From positions 50,507 to 114,506 of the forward strand of contig CAVSCA010000001.1 in assembly GCA_963726325.1 (NCBI GenBank): a stretch of 64,000 nucleotides of DNA, written 5' to 3'. This DNA is from an uncultured Actinomycetes bacterium. GTDB taxonomy: Bacteria > Actinomycetota > Coriobacteriia > Anaerosomatales > PHET01. Each line of letters opens with the position of its first letter. The stretch's first letter is position 1. Below are positions 53,972-64,000 of the stretch, one piece after another. A program made the translations under genes and the position numbers. Under the pieces are notes generated by a model that was not told where the DNA came from, ran no database searches, and was given only the letters and a program-made list of their open reading frames with translations.

Positions 53972-55757
53972 TTGGAACTACGCGACTACCTCAACGTAAT
54001 CAGCGCGCGGCGCGGCATCATAATCCTTGCGACACTCATCGTGGCCTGCGTGGCGCTCGCGGTCTCACTCCTTCAGCCGCCAACGTACACCGCACAGGCG
54101 AAGGTACTCATCTCCGAGAAGGACACCGGCGCCGCGCTCTTCGGAACCGTGCTGCCGGAACTCTCCAGCCAGCCGGAGCGTGCCCTGCAGACGCAGGTGC
54201 AGCTCGTCGAGGTCAGGCCGGTCATAGAGGCCACGATCAAGAAGCTCGCGCTGCAGCAGACTCCCGAGGAGCTGCTGTCCAGAGTCGATGTGGGCGCGAT
54301 CGGTCAGACGAACGTGATCGCGATACAGGCGACCGCCACCAAGCCCGAACAGGCCGCCGACATCGCGAACACCGTCGCGGATGAGTACGTTGCCGCGTCC
54401 AAGGACCGCAAGCGGGCGTCACTGAAGGCGGCCGCGGACGAGGTGCAGCAGCGCCTCGAGCAAGCGCGTGCGGAGATCCTGGCTCTTGGCAGGAGGGTCC
54501 AGGAAAGCGGCAAGTCCGACGAACTGACCGCGGAGCTTGGCATCGCCACCGGCACCTACTCGACGCTCGCCGAGAAGCTCGAGCAGCTGCGGATCAACGA
54601 GCAACTCGAGACCGGCTCGGGCGTGGTCGTGCAGGCGGCTGTCGTAGAGGTGGAGCAGATCGCGCCCAAGCCGCTGCGCAACACCGCCCTGGGTGCGCTC
54701 GTTGGACTCGCGCTCGGCCTGGGGATGGCGTTCCTCTACGAGTACCTGGACAACACCATCAAGTCGACAGACGAGGCCGAGAGGGTCTACGGGACCACCG
54801 TGCTCGGCATCGTTCCCATGGAGAGGTTCGAGAAGGGCGTCAAGCGCCGTCTCACCATCGTCGAGGCGCCCGGGTCGGCGGCCTCTGAGGCGTACCGGGT
54901 CATCCGCAACTCGCTCGACTTCATCAACTTCGAGCACGACCTGCATACCCTGATGATCACCTCCTCCGCGCCGGCGGAAGGCAAGTCATCGGTCGCCGCC
55001 AACCTGGCGATGTCTTTGACGCAGACGGGCAAGAAGGTCGTGCTCGTGTCGTGCGACTTCCGCAGGCCCACCACCGAGCAGTTCTTCCCCGTGAACAACA
55101 CCGTCGGTCTGTCCGAAGTGCTCCTGGGCACCCACTCGCTGAAGTCGGCGCTTCAAAGGCCGGGCGGCGAGCAGTTGCTGGTGCTCACCGCGGGCAAGAT
55201 GCCCCCGAACCCCAACGAGCTGCTCGGCTCGACCAAGATGAAGGAAGTCATCGAGAGTCTCGAGGAGTGGGGCGACTGGGTCATCATCGACACGCCCCCG
55301 GTGCTTGCGGTGGCCGATCCCGTGTCGGTGGCTCGCTGGGTCGACGGCGTGGTCGTCGTGAGCAAGGCCGGAGAGTCCACGCGCGAAGCCGGGCAGAAGG
55401 CCGTCGAGCTCCTTGGGAAGGTGGGCGCGCGCATCATCGGTGTGGTGGTGTGGGGTCTCGACGAGACCAAGAACCGCCCGGGCTACGGATACGGCTACTA
55501 CACCGGCGGCTACTACTACAACCGCTCCGAGTACGGTTCGGCGACGCCGGCGAAGAGCGCCGAGGGTGTCGCCCAGACCGGCCCGAACTGGGTGCAGGAG
55601 TCGGCGGGCCGGCGGATTGCGAGAGTGGTCGGGCGTGTCCTGACAGGGGTGCTTGTCTTCCTGGCCGTGATCGCCGTGATCGCGGTTGCCGCCTACTTCC
55701 TTGATCAGTACTTCGGTTGGGGCCTTGGCGGCTATCGTCAGCGACCTGATCCCCTAG
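53972..55757 (+). CDS. Polysaccharide co-polymerase / tyrosine autokinase fusion (Wzc/CpsCD type)
   Basis: 'MELRDYL' Wzz N-terminus, 'SEAYRVIR', Walker A 'APAEGKS', 'DFRRP', 'IIDTPP' and Tyr cluster GYGYGYYTGGYYY. The stop is inferred after a frameshift near 55728. Confidence 0.9.
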
Positions 55758-55778
55758 CCTTTGGCCGGCGACGACGCC

Positions 55779-57270
55779 ATGGGGGACAAGGGCGCGGTCG
55801 CGAAGGACACCGCTCCGGGCGACGGGCGCAAGTCGTGTCGTGGTCTCAACTTCTCGAGCTTGGGCGGTCTCGTCGATCGTCGGGCGCGTGCTGGCTCTGT
55901 TGGCGACTGCCCACCTTGCGCGCGCGCTTGGGCGTTCAGTGACTTTCGGTTCGTTCAACCTGGCGCAGGACGCTCGTCGAATACGCGTTGATTCCTGCCT
56001 CGTTCGGAATCACAGTGACCGCGTCGCGTGCGATTGCGCAAGCGCCCGGATGGGACTCCCGAGCTCGCGGGGACGGTCGTTGCGATGAGGGCCTGCTATC
56101 GGGCTTCGTGGGGCCGGCGGGCTTGGCCGTCGTCTGCGTCATTCATGACAGAACCCGCTGACACTCACCGCTCTTGCCGCGATGGCGCTTGCGATCCCGC
56201 TGACGGCGGCAACGTCGACTGGCTGTACAGCGCCCACGAAGACCAGCGGTGGCCGGCGGTCGCTCGCACGTCGGTCGCGCCGCGTACGCGATCCTCGTGG
56301 TGACGTGGTGTCGATGCCGGCGGACCTGCGGCTTGCCGGGTATCGCGCTGGTGCATCGAGGCGCTGTTGATGCCGTGATGATGTGGGTGGCAATGCACGG
56401 TCGTGGATGGACTGTTCTGAGCGTCATCACTGACCCTCAAGGGGATGTGGGCGCATCTAAGGGGCTCCGTGCACGTGGGCACTGCTGGTCTGGCCACCGC
56501 GCCTGAAGACCAATGCCGACCTGCTGATTCTAGGAGCGTTCGGGACGGCGGCAGTGCGGTTGGGTACTACTCCGCGGCATACCGGCTGGTGCTGTTCGTC
56601 AACGCCTTGGCGGGGCTCTACGCTACGGTCCTGCTTCCCACGGATGTCGCGCGCGCCAGCGGCCGGGGACGCCAGAGCCGGTGGTGCGGGCGAGCTTCCG
56701 GGCGACGATGCTCATAGGAATGGCGGTCAGCGCCGGAGGGGCGGCGATCGCGGGCATGGCCGGGTCACGACTGATGGGTGCGGCGTACGCTCCAGCGTCG
56801 GGCGTGACGACGGTTCTGATGGTAGCGGGCGGATTCATCGTCATGAGCCTCTCGCTCGGGTAACGCGGTGATCGCTATGGGTCACGAGCGCGCCTACGGG
56901 CGCGGTCGCCACGGCAGCGGCCGTGGCCAACATCGCGGTCAATCTGGTCGTCATCCCCGTGTTCGGGATGTACGCTGCAGCGGCGACCACGGTGGTGACC
57001 GAGATCGGCTCTGCGGTGGGCATCTGGCGTGCTCTGTTCGCCGCTTAAGGCTGGCGGATGCGTTCACGGTGGACGTGGTCGCGTCCGAGCGGTGTTGCTG
57101 GCGCGGTGGTCTGTTCGCGTGCCGTCGGGCGATCCTGGCGGCGGGCGGCGGCCTGTGGCTCTCGGCGGTCGTGGCGGGTCGTCGGTGTTCGTGGCGGCGT
57201 GATCGCTACTCAGATCTGGTGTCGCGGCAGGACTCGGCGCGTGCTATCGGCAGGGGTCAGCGGAGCATGA
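55779..57270 (+). CDS. Wzx-type polysaccharide flippase (heavily frameshifted)
   Basis: Fragments 'AHLARALG..FGSFNLA', 'AVGYYSAAYRLV', 'ANIAVNLVVIPVFGMYAAAATTVVTE'. Confidence 0.75.
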
Positions 57271-58605
57271 GGGCGTCCGGTCTCACAGTCGCGCGCTGTC
57301 GCTGCTGTCGGCCGTGCTCGCCGTGGTCTTGGGGTCGTGGTGACGGGCTCGCGCCCGCTTTCGCGGGCCATCTTCATTGTCGCGGCGCTCTTCGCCGGCC
57401 TGTACTTCATTGTTCGAGCGCTCGCTGCTCTGCCATCGTCTCTCTTGGGCTGTTGCTCGCTGATTCCGCTCGACATCTGGGCCCGTTTCGCGAAGACTTC
57501 CGAGGGATGCCGGTTCTTGGCGTCGCGGTCGTGGCGCGCTTCGCTCTCGCTGCTCTCGCCCCGAAGACCCCTGCGGCAACTGGTCGACGGTCGAGCTGGG
57601 ACGTCGTGGTCTTCGCGCTGGCGATCGTTGTCGTTGCGTTCAGCATCAACGGTGTCGAGGGGGGTATCCGGCAGGCGGTGATGCTCGTGGCCGGCGTGCT
57701 GTTCTACTTCTGGATACGTGCGGCGAGCGCACCCGAGGCGGGCACGGACCCGCGGCTCTCTTCCTGACGCATGCTTCTGTAGGTCGGCATCTTCCCAGGG
57801 GCGGCTTACGGTGGCCGAGCGCACGTTGGGGGCCCGGCAGCTTCGCCTCGCTGGTCCCGACCTACGCGCCGGCGTTCAAGGACTTCAGCCTCACGCTGGG
57901 CAGCCGGGCGACCGCCTTGCGGGGCACCCGCTGCGACTGGGCGTCATGGAGATGAGCGGCTTGATTGCGGGGTCGGGCTGATCGGGGGAACGCGCGGCCG
58001 GGACGGCGGTGTCGCGTCGGTGCTGATCGTGCTGTGCGCCTGGGCCTGCTGATCAGCGGGGCACGAGGGGCGTGGCTCGGGGCGCTGATCGGCGTGATCG
58101 CGATGCTCGCTATCACCCCGGCGGCCGAGTCACACAAAGTCGCGCTACGACTGGGCGTGGCTCGGTCGTCGCGTGGATGGCGCTGGAGTTCCTCGGCCTG
58201 GTCGGCATCGTCTACGAGCGGCTCTTCGGCACGGCGGTCGCGACCGGCATCGGTGGCCCAGCGGGTCGGGGTCCTGGCGTCGACGTTGGCGATCTGGCAG
58301 CAACGGCCACTTCTCGGCTACGGGTTCGGCACGTACCTGGAAGAGGTCTTCGCCCAAGGATTCCGATTCTCCAACACGGAGAATGAGTACGTTAACTTCC
58401 TTCTGTCCGGTGGGCCTGTTTCTGCTTGCGTTCGTGCTGATGGGCGTCCGTGGCCTCGTGCTGGTATGGCGGACTCGCAGTGCGCTGCTGGTTCCGGCGC
58501 ATGTGTGGCGTGCTGGTCGCGTGGCTGGTCAACATTGGCACGTTCAACGCCTTCTCGTGGTCCGCGGCGTTCCCCCTGTTCATGACGACGTTGCGGTGAT
58601 TGCTG
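57267..58605 (+). CDS. O-antigen ligase/Wzy polymerase family membrane protein (heavily frameshifted)
   Basis: Fragments 'LLISGARGAWLGALIG', 'IWQQRPLLGYGFG', 'NTENEYVNFL'. Confidence 0.65.
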
Positions 58606-59704
58606 ATGGCGCCGGAGTAGGATCACGCTGGTCACGAACTCCCTGGGCCACGGGGGAAGTGAGAAGCAGGCGGCGTTCATCGGCAGCGGGCTTCTCCCAA
58701 CGCGGCTGGGACGTTCGTGTCGTGGCCATGCTGGGGCGAGACGACTACGCCGACGCCGTCTTGCTGCCCGGACTGTGGTGTTGGGCAAGCGCGGCAGGGG
58801 CGACCTGCTCAACGTCGTGCGCCGTGCGCGGGAGATGATACCGGCGGACGATCCGGTGCTGTGCTTCAACTGGTATCCGCACGTGGTGACCCAGCTCGCC
58901 GTCCCGGGCTCGCTGCGGATCGCGCGGTTTGGCGGCATCCCGTCGGCAGACGGCGTCACTGGCGGCCGGCGGTTCTTCGCTCGTCGGGCGCAGCGATCGG
59001 CGGAAGCGGTGGTGGGCTGTTCGTGGGGTGTGGCGAGACAGGCGATCGCCGAGCTCGGGTCGCCGACCATGGCCTGCGCGTGCATCCCGAACGCGGTGTA
59101 CTTCCCGAACAAGCCTGCTGAGACGCCGAACCGGCCCCGTGTGGCCGCGGCCGTACCTGCTCTCGGTGGGCCGGCTCAGCCCCGAGAAGGACCACGAGAC
59201 GCTGCTCAGAGGGTTCGCGCTGCTGTCCGAGCACGTCGAGCACGATCTCGTCGTCGCGGGAGATGGTCGAGTCTCGATAGCCTGAAGCGGATCGTCTCGG
59301 ACTTGGGCCTCGACGAGCGCGTTCACTTCGTCGGGTACCGCCACGACGTTCCGGCGCTGATCGCCGGCGCCGACCTGCTCGTGCACACCTCGCGCTGGGA
59401 GGGATTCGGCTGTGTGCTCGTCGAGGCGATGGCGCTCGGCACGCCCTTCGTGGCGACCGATGCGCCGTACGGTCCGCGTTCGATCGTGGAGCTGGTACCG
59501 GGCGGGGTGCTCGTGCCTGTGGGCGATGCGGACGCGGTCGCCCGCGAGGTAGGACGGCTTCTGGGTGACGAGGCGGAGCGCGGTCGGCTCGCAGCGATCG
59601 GCGTCGACGGTGTGCCGCGCTACTTCTCGGCAGAGCGGATCATCGACTCCTACGAGGCGCTGATCGCGGCGGCAGTCGCTGCGCGACGGGGGCGTATCCG
59701 ATGA
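58606..59704 (+). CDS. GT4 glycosyltransferase (frameshifted)
   Basis: 'VGRLSPEKD', 'SRWEGFGCVLVEAMALGTPFVAT'. Confidence 0.85.
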
Positions 59705-60782
59705 GCCGGAGCTGCCCGGTCGTCATGGTCACCCCGAGCTTGTCCGATCCAGGTGGCATCGCGTCGGTCGTGGCAGCCTATCGCGACTCCGAGCTCGCGA
59801 CTCGCTGGGACATCCGGGTGGTCGAGACGGTGCGCGGCCAAGGCGCCTGGCGGCACGTGCATGGGTGGCTCGGCGTGCTGCGTGCGTGTTGGACGATCGC
59901 GGCCGAGGGGTCGTGCCTCGTCCACGTGCACATGTCGTTCGGGGGCAGCTTCTGGCGCAAGGCGTGCGTACTGGCCTGGGCGAGGGCGCTGGGGCGTCCG
60001 TCGGTGCTGCACCTTCACGGGTCGCGCTTCCACACCTGGGCTACGTCGGGATCGGCGACTCGTCAGCGCACGGTTCGTCGTGTCTTCGCGATGCCCGATG
60101 CCGTGGTCGTGCTGTCGGCTTCGTGGGCGGAGCGGGTGCGCCAGTTCGCCGGGCGGGCCGACGCGGTGGTGTTACCCAATCCCGCAGTCGTCCCGCCGAC
60201 GGTGTCGCAGGGGCGTACGGACGGACCGTGGTGTTCCTCGGCCGTCTGGGAGAACGCAAGGGCATCTACGAGCTGGTAGAGGCGATCCGCGCAACTGCAA
60301 TCGGATGGGGTGGACGCACAGTGGGTATTGGCGGGCGACGGCGACGTCGAAGCCGTATCCAAGCTCGTCGAAGGGCTTCCCGCGCCTGCCAAGGTGAGTG
60401 TCCCGGGTTGGCTTGGCCGAGAGGCGACGGCTGGCACTCCTGAGCGAATCCTCGGTCTTCTGCCTCCCGTCGACCGACGAGGGCGTCCCGATGGCGCTTC
60501 TCGAGGCGATGGCGTACGGGCTGGCCTGCGTAGTGACTCCCGTGGGCGGAATCCCTGAGGTCATCGTTGACGGCCAGAACGGGGTGCTGACTCCGATCAG
60601 AAATGCCGATGCACTAGCTGAGAACCTGAAGTCCGGTGCTGAGTGACACGTCACGGCGCGTCACGTTGGGCGACAGGGCGCGAGAGACGATCGAGTCGCG
60701 GTACGCTGTAGGCAAGGTCGTGGCAGAGCTTGAGCGGCTCTACCGGTCGCTCGGGTGCGAGGCCACGCAGGGGGGCGAGTAG
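59701..60782 (+). CDS. GT4 glycosyltransferase (frameshifted)
   Basis: 'GGIASV', 'LHLHG', '[10 protein letters not shown]', '[28 protein letters not shown]'. Confidence 0.85.
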
Positions 60783-60789
60783 GCGAGAG

Positions 60790-61273
60790 ATGGACGGGCT
60801 TGGGCTTCTACCGTATCGGGCACTGGTGCCACCGGCACCACGTTCCGCTGATGCCGCAGGTGATGAAGGCCTGTACGCGGCTGTTCTTCTGCGCCCACGT
60901 GCCGAGCGAAGCGTCCATCGGCAAGGGGACGATGCTCGGCTACTCTGGTCTTGGGTCCGTGGTCCATCAGCGCGCCGTGATCGGGAGCAACGTGATGATC
61001 GGGTCGCACGTCACGATAGGCGGGCGATCGCACCTCGAGGAGGTGCCCATCATCGAGGATGACGTCTTCATCGGTGCGGGCGCGTGCATCCTCGGTCCGG
61101 TGAGGGTCGGCCGAGGCGCCGTCATCGGCGCGAACGCTGTCGTCATCGAGGACGTCCCGGCGCGCACGGTGGTGGCGGGCGTGCCTGCGAGGGTGATTCG
61201 GACCGACGTCGACTCGCGGGACTACGGCGACTGCCCGATACGATCAGGGCGCGCAAGGGGCGGAGCTAGGTGA
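60790..61273 (+). CDS. Serine acetyltransferase-like hexapeptide (LbH) O-acetyltransferase
   Basis: Hexapeptide repeats '[34 protein letters not shown]'. Confidence 0.82.
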
Positions 61274-61835
61274 TGGCTTCACTGGGGCGCGTCGTTCAAG
61301 AGGCTGTGGCTGCGGCTGCGCTACAACAACTACACGATCGCCGAGCACTTCCGCGCACAGGGCGCCACCGTCGGGGATGGGACCCGGATCCTCGTGCGGG
61401 ACTTGGGTCGGAGCCCTATCTCGTTTCGATCGGGGACGACACGCTCATTTCTGCTGATGTCGCCTTCTACACGCACGATGGCGCCGTGTGGGTCCTTCAG
61501 GGCCGAGGAGCCCACCCTCAATCGGTTCAAGCGCATCACGGTCGGGAAAGGCTGCTTCATCGGCGCCCGGAGTGTGCTGCTTCCCGGCGCGAGTGTCGGC
61601 GACGGTTCGGTGATCGGTGCCGGGTCCGTCGTCAGCGGCGAGATCGGCGCAGGAGTGGTCGCTGCGGGCGTACCCGCACGGCCTCTCTGCACTGTTCGAG
61701 GAGTGGGCCGAGCGTGTGCGCGACGAGTCGTTGCCGCTGTCGGCCGACCTGTTCCCTCTCGACCGGTGCGACCGAGAGAAGCTTCAGAGAGAGCTAACGC
61801 GTCTCCTGCCGCCACCCGGTGGGGGTGAGCAGTGA
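61273..61835 (+). CDS. LbH acyltransferase (frameshifted)
   Basis: 'GSEPYLVSIGD..FYTHDG', '[31 protein letters not shown]'. Confidence 0.78.
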
Positions 61836-62990
61836 GTCCCAGCGCTCAGTCGATGACGGGCTACGACCCGTTCGACGCGCTTCTGGGTTCGAGGGTTCCA
61901 CGCTTCGTTCGTCGGAGTCGCAGGGCGCGGCAGGCCGTCATCCAGTTGCGGAAGCGGTCCCGGGTGGACCTGGCCCCGGTTCTGGGAGTCAGGCCCTTTC
62001 TCATGGCCAAGACGGTCGGATCGTTCTTGGCCGCCGAGGCCAGACGCTTCGCAGCGGGCGCGGTCAGACGCCGACCCGTACGGTGTGGCTGAGGTACTTC
62101 TCGGCGATTCGACCATCGCTCGGCATGATGATGGCGCATGGGGCTACGAGTTCGACGTTCAGACGCGATGGGCGTTCTACCCTGCGGGTTCGGCGAATCT
62201 GATTGCGACGTACTTCTGTGCGCGCGGGCTGGGTGAGGCAGGGTTGGCGTGTTCGGAGCCGCAGTGGCGCGTCCGCATGATGGCGGGAGCGCACGCTTCA
62301 TCGACAGACCGGCTGCGTCGCCGCCGAGGGCTGGTTCCGCTACACACTCGACAGCGACGTGCTCGTACACAACGCGAACCTGCTCGGTGCCGGCCTTGTG
62401 GCTGCGTCGGCGCTCGCTGGCTGGAGATGACGCGATGCTCGAGCGCGCGCTGCGCGCGGCGCGGGTGACAATCGAGTCGCAACGAGCCGACGGCTCGTGG
62501 CCGTACGGCCGCCGCGCGGACTTGGAGTGGTGCGACAACTTCCACACGGCGTACAACCTGGATGGTCTGCTCAGCGTGTGGCTCGCGTCCGGTGACGAGC
62601 AGGTTGAGGAGTCGCTGCGGCGGGGGTGCGAGTACTGGGTGCCGGCGTTCTTCGAAGCCGACGGCGCTCCTCGCTACTTCGACCGCACCGCGCGAGCCGT
62701 ACGACGTACACAGTGCGGGTACCGCGATCGATGTTGCATCAAGGCTTGCGGCGTTCGGGTTCGACACCGGCGATCTCGCGCGCGAGCTGTGGCGGAATGG
62801 ACGCGCGAGCACCTGGTAGCGCCGGACGGCACGACGTACTACCAGTGGTCGCCGCGGCGGGTGGACCGGCGGCACTTCGTCCGATGGGGTGACGCGCACG
62901 TCGCGCTGGGCTCGGGTCGCTTCTGTGCTCGACGCCGGCGTGCAGCCGCCGCTCGAGGCGCGCGGTCGCCGAGGCAGCACGCCGATGAGC
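61832..62990 (+). CDS. Uncharacterised polysaccharide-cluster protein, probable (alpha/alpha) barrel (frameshifted)
   Basis: 'GYDPFDAL', 'WGYEFDVQTR', 'VHNANLLGA', 'QRADGSWPYG', 'WCDNFHTAY', 'RWGDAH'. Confidence 0.6.
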
Positions 62991-63729
62991 AGGGCGCGGA
63001 TCTTCGGGGTCTGGCTGGATCTGCTCGACATGGAGCAGACCGTCGATCGGTGCGAGGAGCTGTCGAGGAGCGCCGGCCGGTCCAGCACGTGGTCCTCAAC
63101 GCTCGAAGGTCGTTCTGATGGAGGACGTACCGGGCTTCGAGAGATCATCGACCGCTGCGAACTGGTGAATGCTGATGGGATGTCGGTCGTGTGGGCGGGC
63201 AGGATGCTTGGGGCTTCCGGTTCCCGAGAGGGTCGCGGGGATCGACCTGATGGAGCGGCTGCTCGGCGCTCGCCGAGGAGCGCGGATGGCCTGTGTACTT
63301 CCTCGGCGCGACCGAGAAGGTTCTCGACGAGTTCTGTTCGCGTGGTGCAGCGACCGGTTCCCGACGCTTGACATCGCTGGTGCTCGCAACGGGTACTTCG
63401 ACGATGATGCGGCCGTCGCGGAGCAGGTACGCGACGCCGACCCCGGATTCTGTTCGTGGGCATGAGCTCTCCCCGCAAGGAGGAGTTGCTCGCGGCGCAC
63501 CTGTCAGAGATGGGCCCGGTGTTCGCCATGGGCGTCGGCGGTACCTTCGACGTGTGGGCGGGCCACACCCAGCGGGCGCCGGTGTGGATGCAGAGCGCCG
63601 GGCTGGAGTGGTTCTACCGACTGCTCCAGGAGCCGGGCAGGATGTGGCGGCGCTACCTGGTCGGCAACTCGCGGTTCGTTGTGATCGCACTGCGGGAGCG
63701 CGTTCTCTGTCGCTCGAGGGCGACAGTAG
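62985..63729 (+). CDS. WecB/TagA/CpsF family glycosyltransferase (frameshifted; end 63729 or 63797)
   Basis: 'NADGMSVVWA', 'ERVAGIDLM', 'NGYF', 'MSSPRKE', 'GVGGTFD', 'RAP..GLEWFYRL.QEP.RMWRRY'. Confidence 0.88.
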
Positions 63730-63756
63730 CTGCGCCCGCGATCGGATGCGACAAAG

Positions 63757-63776
63757 AGGCCCCCGATCGGGGGCCT
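63757..63776. terminator. Palindromic hairpin between convergent genes
   Basis: AGGCCCCCGATCGGGGGCCT perfect palindrome. Confidence 0.55.
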
Positions 63777-63808
63777 GTCGTCGCTGCGTATCGATAGTGC
63801 CCGCCAGT

Positions 63809-64000
63809 CTACTGCATCATTCCTTGGATCTTGAGCGCGTCGACGCCGATGCCGGTCCCGGTGGAGGCCGCATTCTTGGTGCCGGTCCAGTCGATAGTGA
63901 CCGTATGGACGCCGTCGGCGATCTTGCCCGACGACCATGCCGAGCACGTTGTGCACGTAGCCTGTGGAGTAGAGGTCCACGTCGTGTGACACGCCGTCGA
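63809..64000 (-). CDS. C-terminal fragment of a probable extracellular protein (beta-sandwich module)
   Basis: Minus strand reads 'DGVSHDVDLYS...WSSGKIADGVHTVTIDWTGTKNAASTGTGIGVDALKIQGMMQ*' across one frameshift. Confidence 0.55.
   Translation of the reverse strand, partial: STACHTTWTSTPQATCTTCSAWSSGKIADGVHTVTIDWTGTKNAASTGTGIGVDALKIQGMMQ

Overview
High-GC, almost entirely plus-strand core-genome segment. The organism is probably an anaerobic actinobacterium of class Coriobacteriia (inference from the glyQ/glyS-type GlyRS, hrcA-dnaJ-rsmE-mtaB-phoH-ybeY-era order and actinobacterial-style RpoD). Gene order: rodA(3' end), DUF697 protein, TIGR03960/TIGR03936 radical-SAM pair, rng, rplU, rpmA, obgE, proB, proA, nadD, yqeK, LCP-like, rsfS, EamA, tRNA-Ala(GGC), leuS, comEA, comEC, holA, rpsT(-), lepA, dusB, hemW, CIRCE, hrcA, dnaJ, rsmE, mtaB, phoH, HD protein, ybeY, dgkA-PAP2, CNNM/CBS, cdd, era, deoC, recO, glyQS, PDRP, ppdK, orphan membrane protein, dgt, hppA, dnaG, rpoD, tRNA-Asn(-), tRNA-Ile2/Met(CAT), PASTA-amidase, LCP-like, membrane protein, then a Wzx/Wzy-type polysaccharide cluster. 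Dozens of single-base frameshifts break even essential genes; those I could reconstruct are mostly insertions, so they are read as long-read errors and the affected coordinates are reconstructed and approximate. No mobile element, CRISPR array, rRNA or defence system was seen. I found no clear-cut novel system. The best leads are a structured, possibly switchable leader RNA that buries the comEA ribosome-binding site, two catalytically degenerate LCP proteins, a tyrosine kinase with an extra C-terminal membrane helix, and several uncharacterised conserved or orphan proteins.
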